This document shows positions 63,106-64,000 of a DNA stretch of 64,000 bases, piece after piece. The DNA is taken from the NCBI RefSeq assembly GCF_009914755.1, contig NC_060935.1; one strand, 5' to 3'. Each line of letters begins with the position of its first letter. Within the stretch, counting starts at the first letter, position 1. Position numbers and translations under genes: made by a program. A model generated the notes under the pieces. The model did no database searches. It was given only the letters and a program-made list of their open reading frames with translations, and had not been told where the DNA came from. The DNA comes from the human T2T-CHM13v2.0 reference genome, Homo sapiens.

Positions 63106-64000
63106 CAGAAACTGAATAATATGTTCAAGGACAAAACTATGGTAAGTTACAAAAGAGGACTAGAGTTAGAGTCTGACTCGGAGCCAAGTGTGTTTTTTAC
63201 TCCATCATACAGCCTATCTCAAGACTCTCTGTGGGGAGTGAATTCGTTCCTGTTGGAACAATCTAGAATCTCTCCTTTGTGGTAGCTGTACATTTGAAAT
63301 GTACTGATTCTGCCACCTTGGGGCATCTTTAGGACAGAAAGAATGCAAAAGGGGAGAACACATTCTGAGTGTCAGGTACTACTGTGTGTCAGGTAGCCTT
63401 ACAATATTGTCTCATTTTATCATGACACTCTCACTCATCATAAAGATAAGGAACAGGAAGCTCAAGTAGATAGTTTTCCCCAGGTCAGGCAGAGCTGCCC
63501 GATACCAAAGACATCTTTCTGCTGCTCCAGCTAAGGGCTACAAAAAAGGCCCAAGAGACAAGTTTGGGCCGAGAAGGTGTGGGCTGTATTTGGTTTGCCT
63601 GCCTGTTCAAGACTCCTTCCTCAGTCTGACTCCCTGGACTATTTCGAGGCTGCCATGTCATTTCAGTCCCCCTCAAAGAGCCCTGAAGAATGTGCAGAGG
63701 AAAAAAGAAACCCAAAGAAATCTATTATTGGCACTCGCCCTTGATTTGTTATTATGACGTCCATCCTGCAAAGAAGTGTTTATACCCTTATAAGGTTCCT
63801 AGCATCAATTTAACTGTGTTATCTCCCAGTAGATGGTACAAAATGCAATCTCAGTAGCATACGGCAGAGAGAGGTGGGAGAGTTTCTTGGCTGAGGAATG
63901 AGAGAGAAATTAAAAAGGGCCTACTATGCTGAGTCACTAAGGCAAAGCAGCTTACTATGGACCACATTCAGGCCTGAGCCAAGACACAGCAGCGAGTCAG

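Overview
Human genomic DNA (GC-rich CpG islands in an Alu/MIR/L2/MLT1/MER5-rich background) that I recognise as the 5' half of the BDNF gene (11p14.1, minus strand) plus about 39 kb of upstream intergenic sequence. Both clusters of alternative first exons are present: I, II(a/b/c) and III at ~21.9-24.5 kb, and IV, V(a/b), Vh, VI(a/b) and VII at ~1.8-4.1 kb. Their GT donors are directly readable. The common coding exon IX lies outside the window (left). The only real coding sequence here is three N-terminal extensions: the exon I ATG, exon Vb MLCAISLCARVRKLRSAGRCGK and exon VII MQSREEEW. Classic regulatory elements are visible: promoter IV CaRE1/UBE/CRE/PasRE, promoter I CRE-like/PasRE, the RE1/NRSE in exon II and a MEF2 site ~5 kb upstream. 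Long ORFs in the ORF track are GC-rich or Alu-derived artefacts. This is a well-studied locus and I see no new protein-coding system. The best leads are: (i) a near-exact copy of the promoter-IV CaRE1 element clustered with CRE/AP-1 motifs ~39 kb upstream, plus a second PAS/CRE-like cluster at ~-30 kb; (ii) plus-strand splice signals outlining a possible antisense transcript across exon I/promoter I; (iii) a set of uORFs and a stop-free in-frame exon VI extension; (iv) a sense-strand-specific G-U hairpin built on the NRSE; (v) two unexplained local duplications. Exon names, TSS positions and repeat subfamilies come from recall and by-eye reading, not from database searches.
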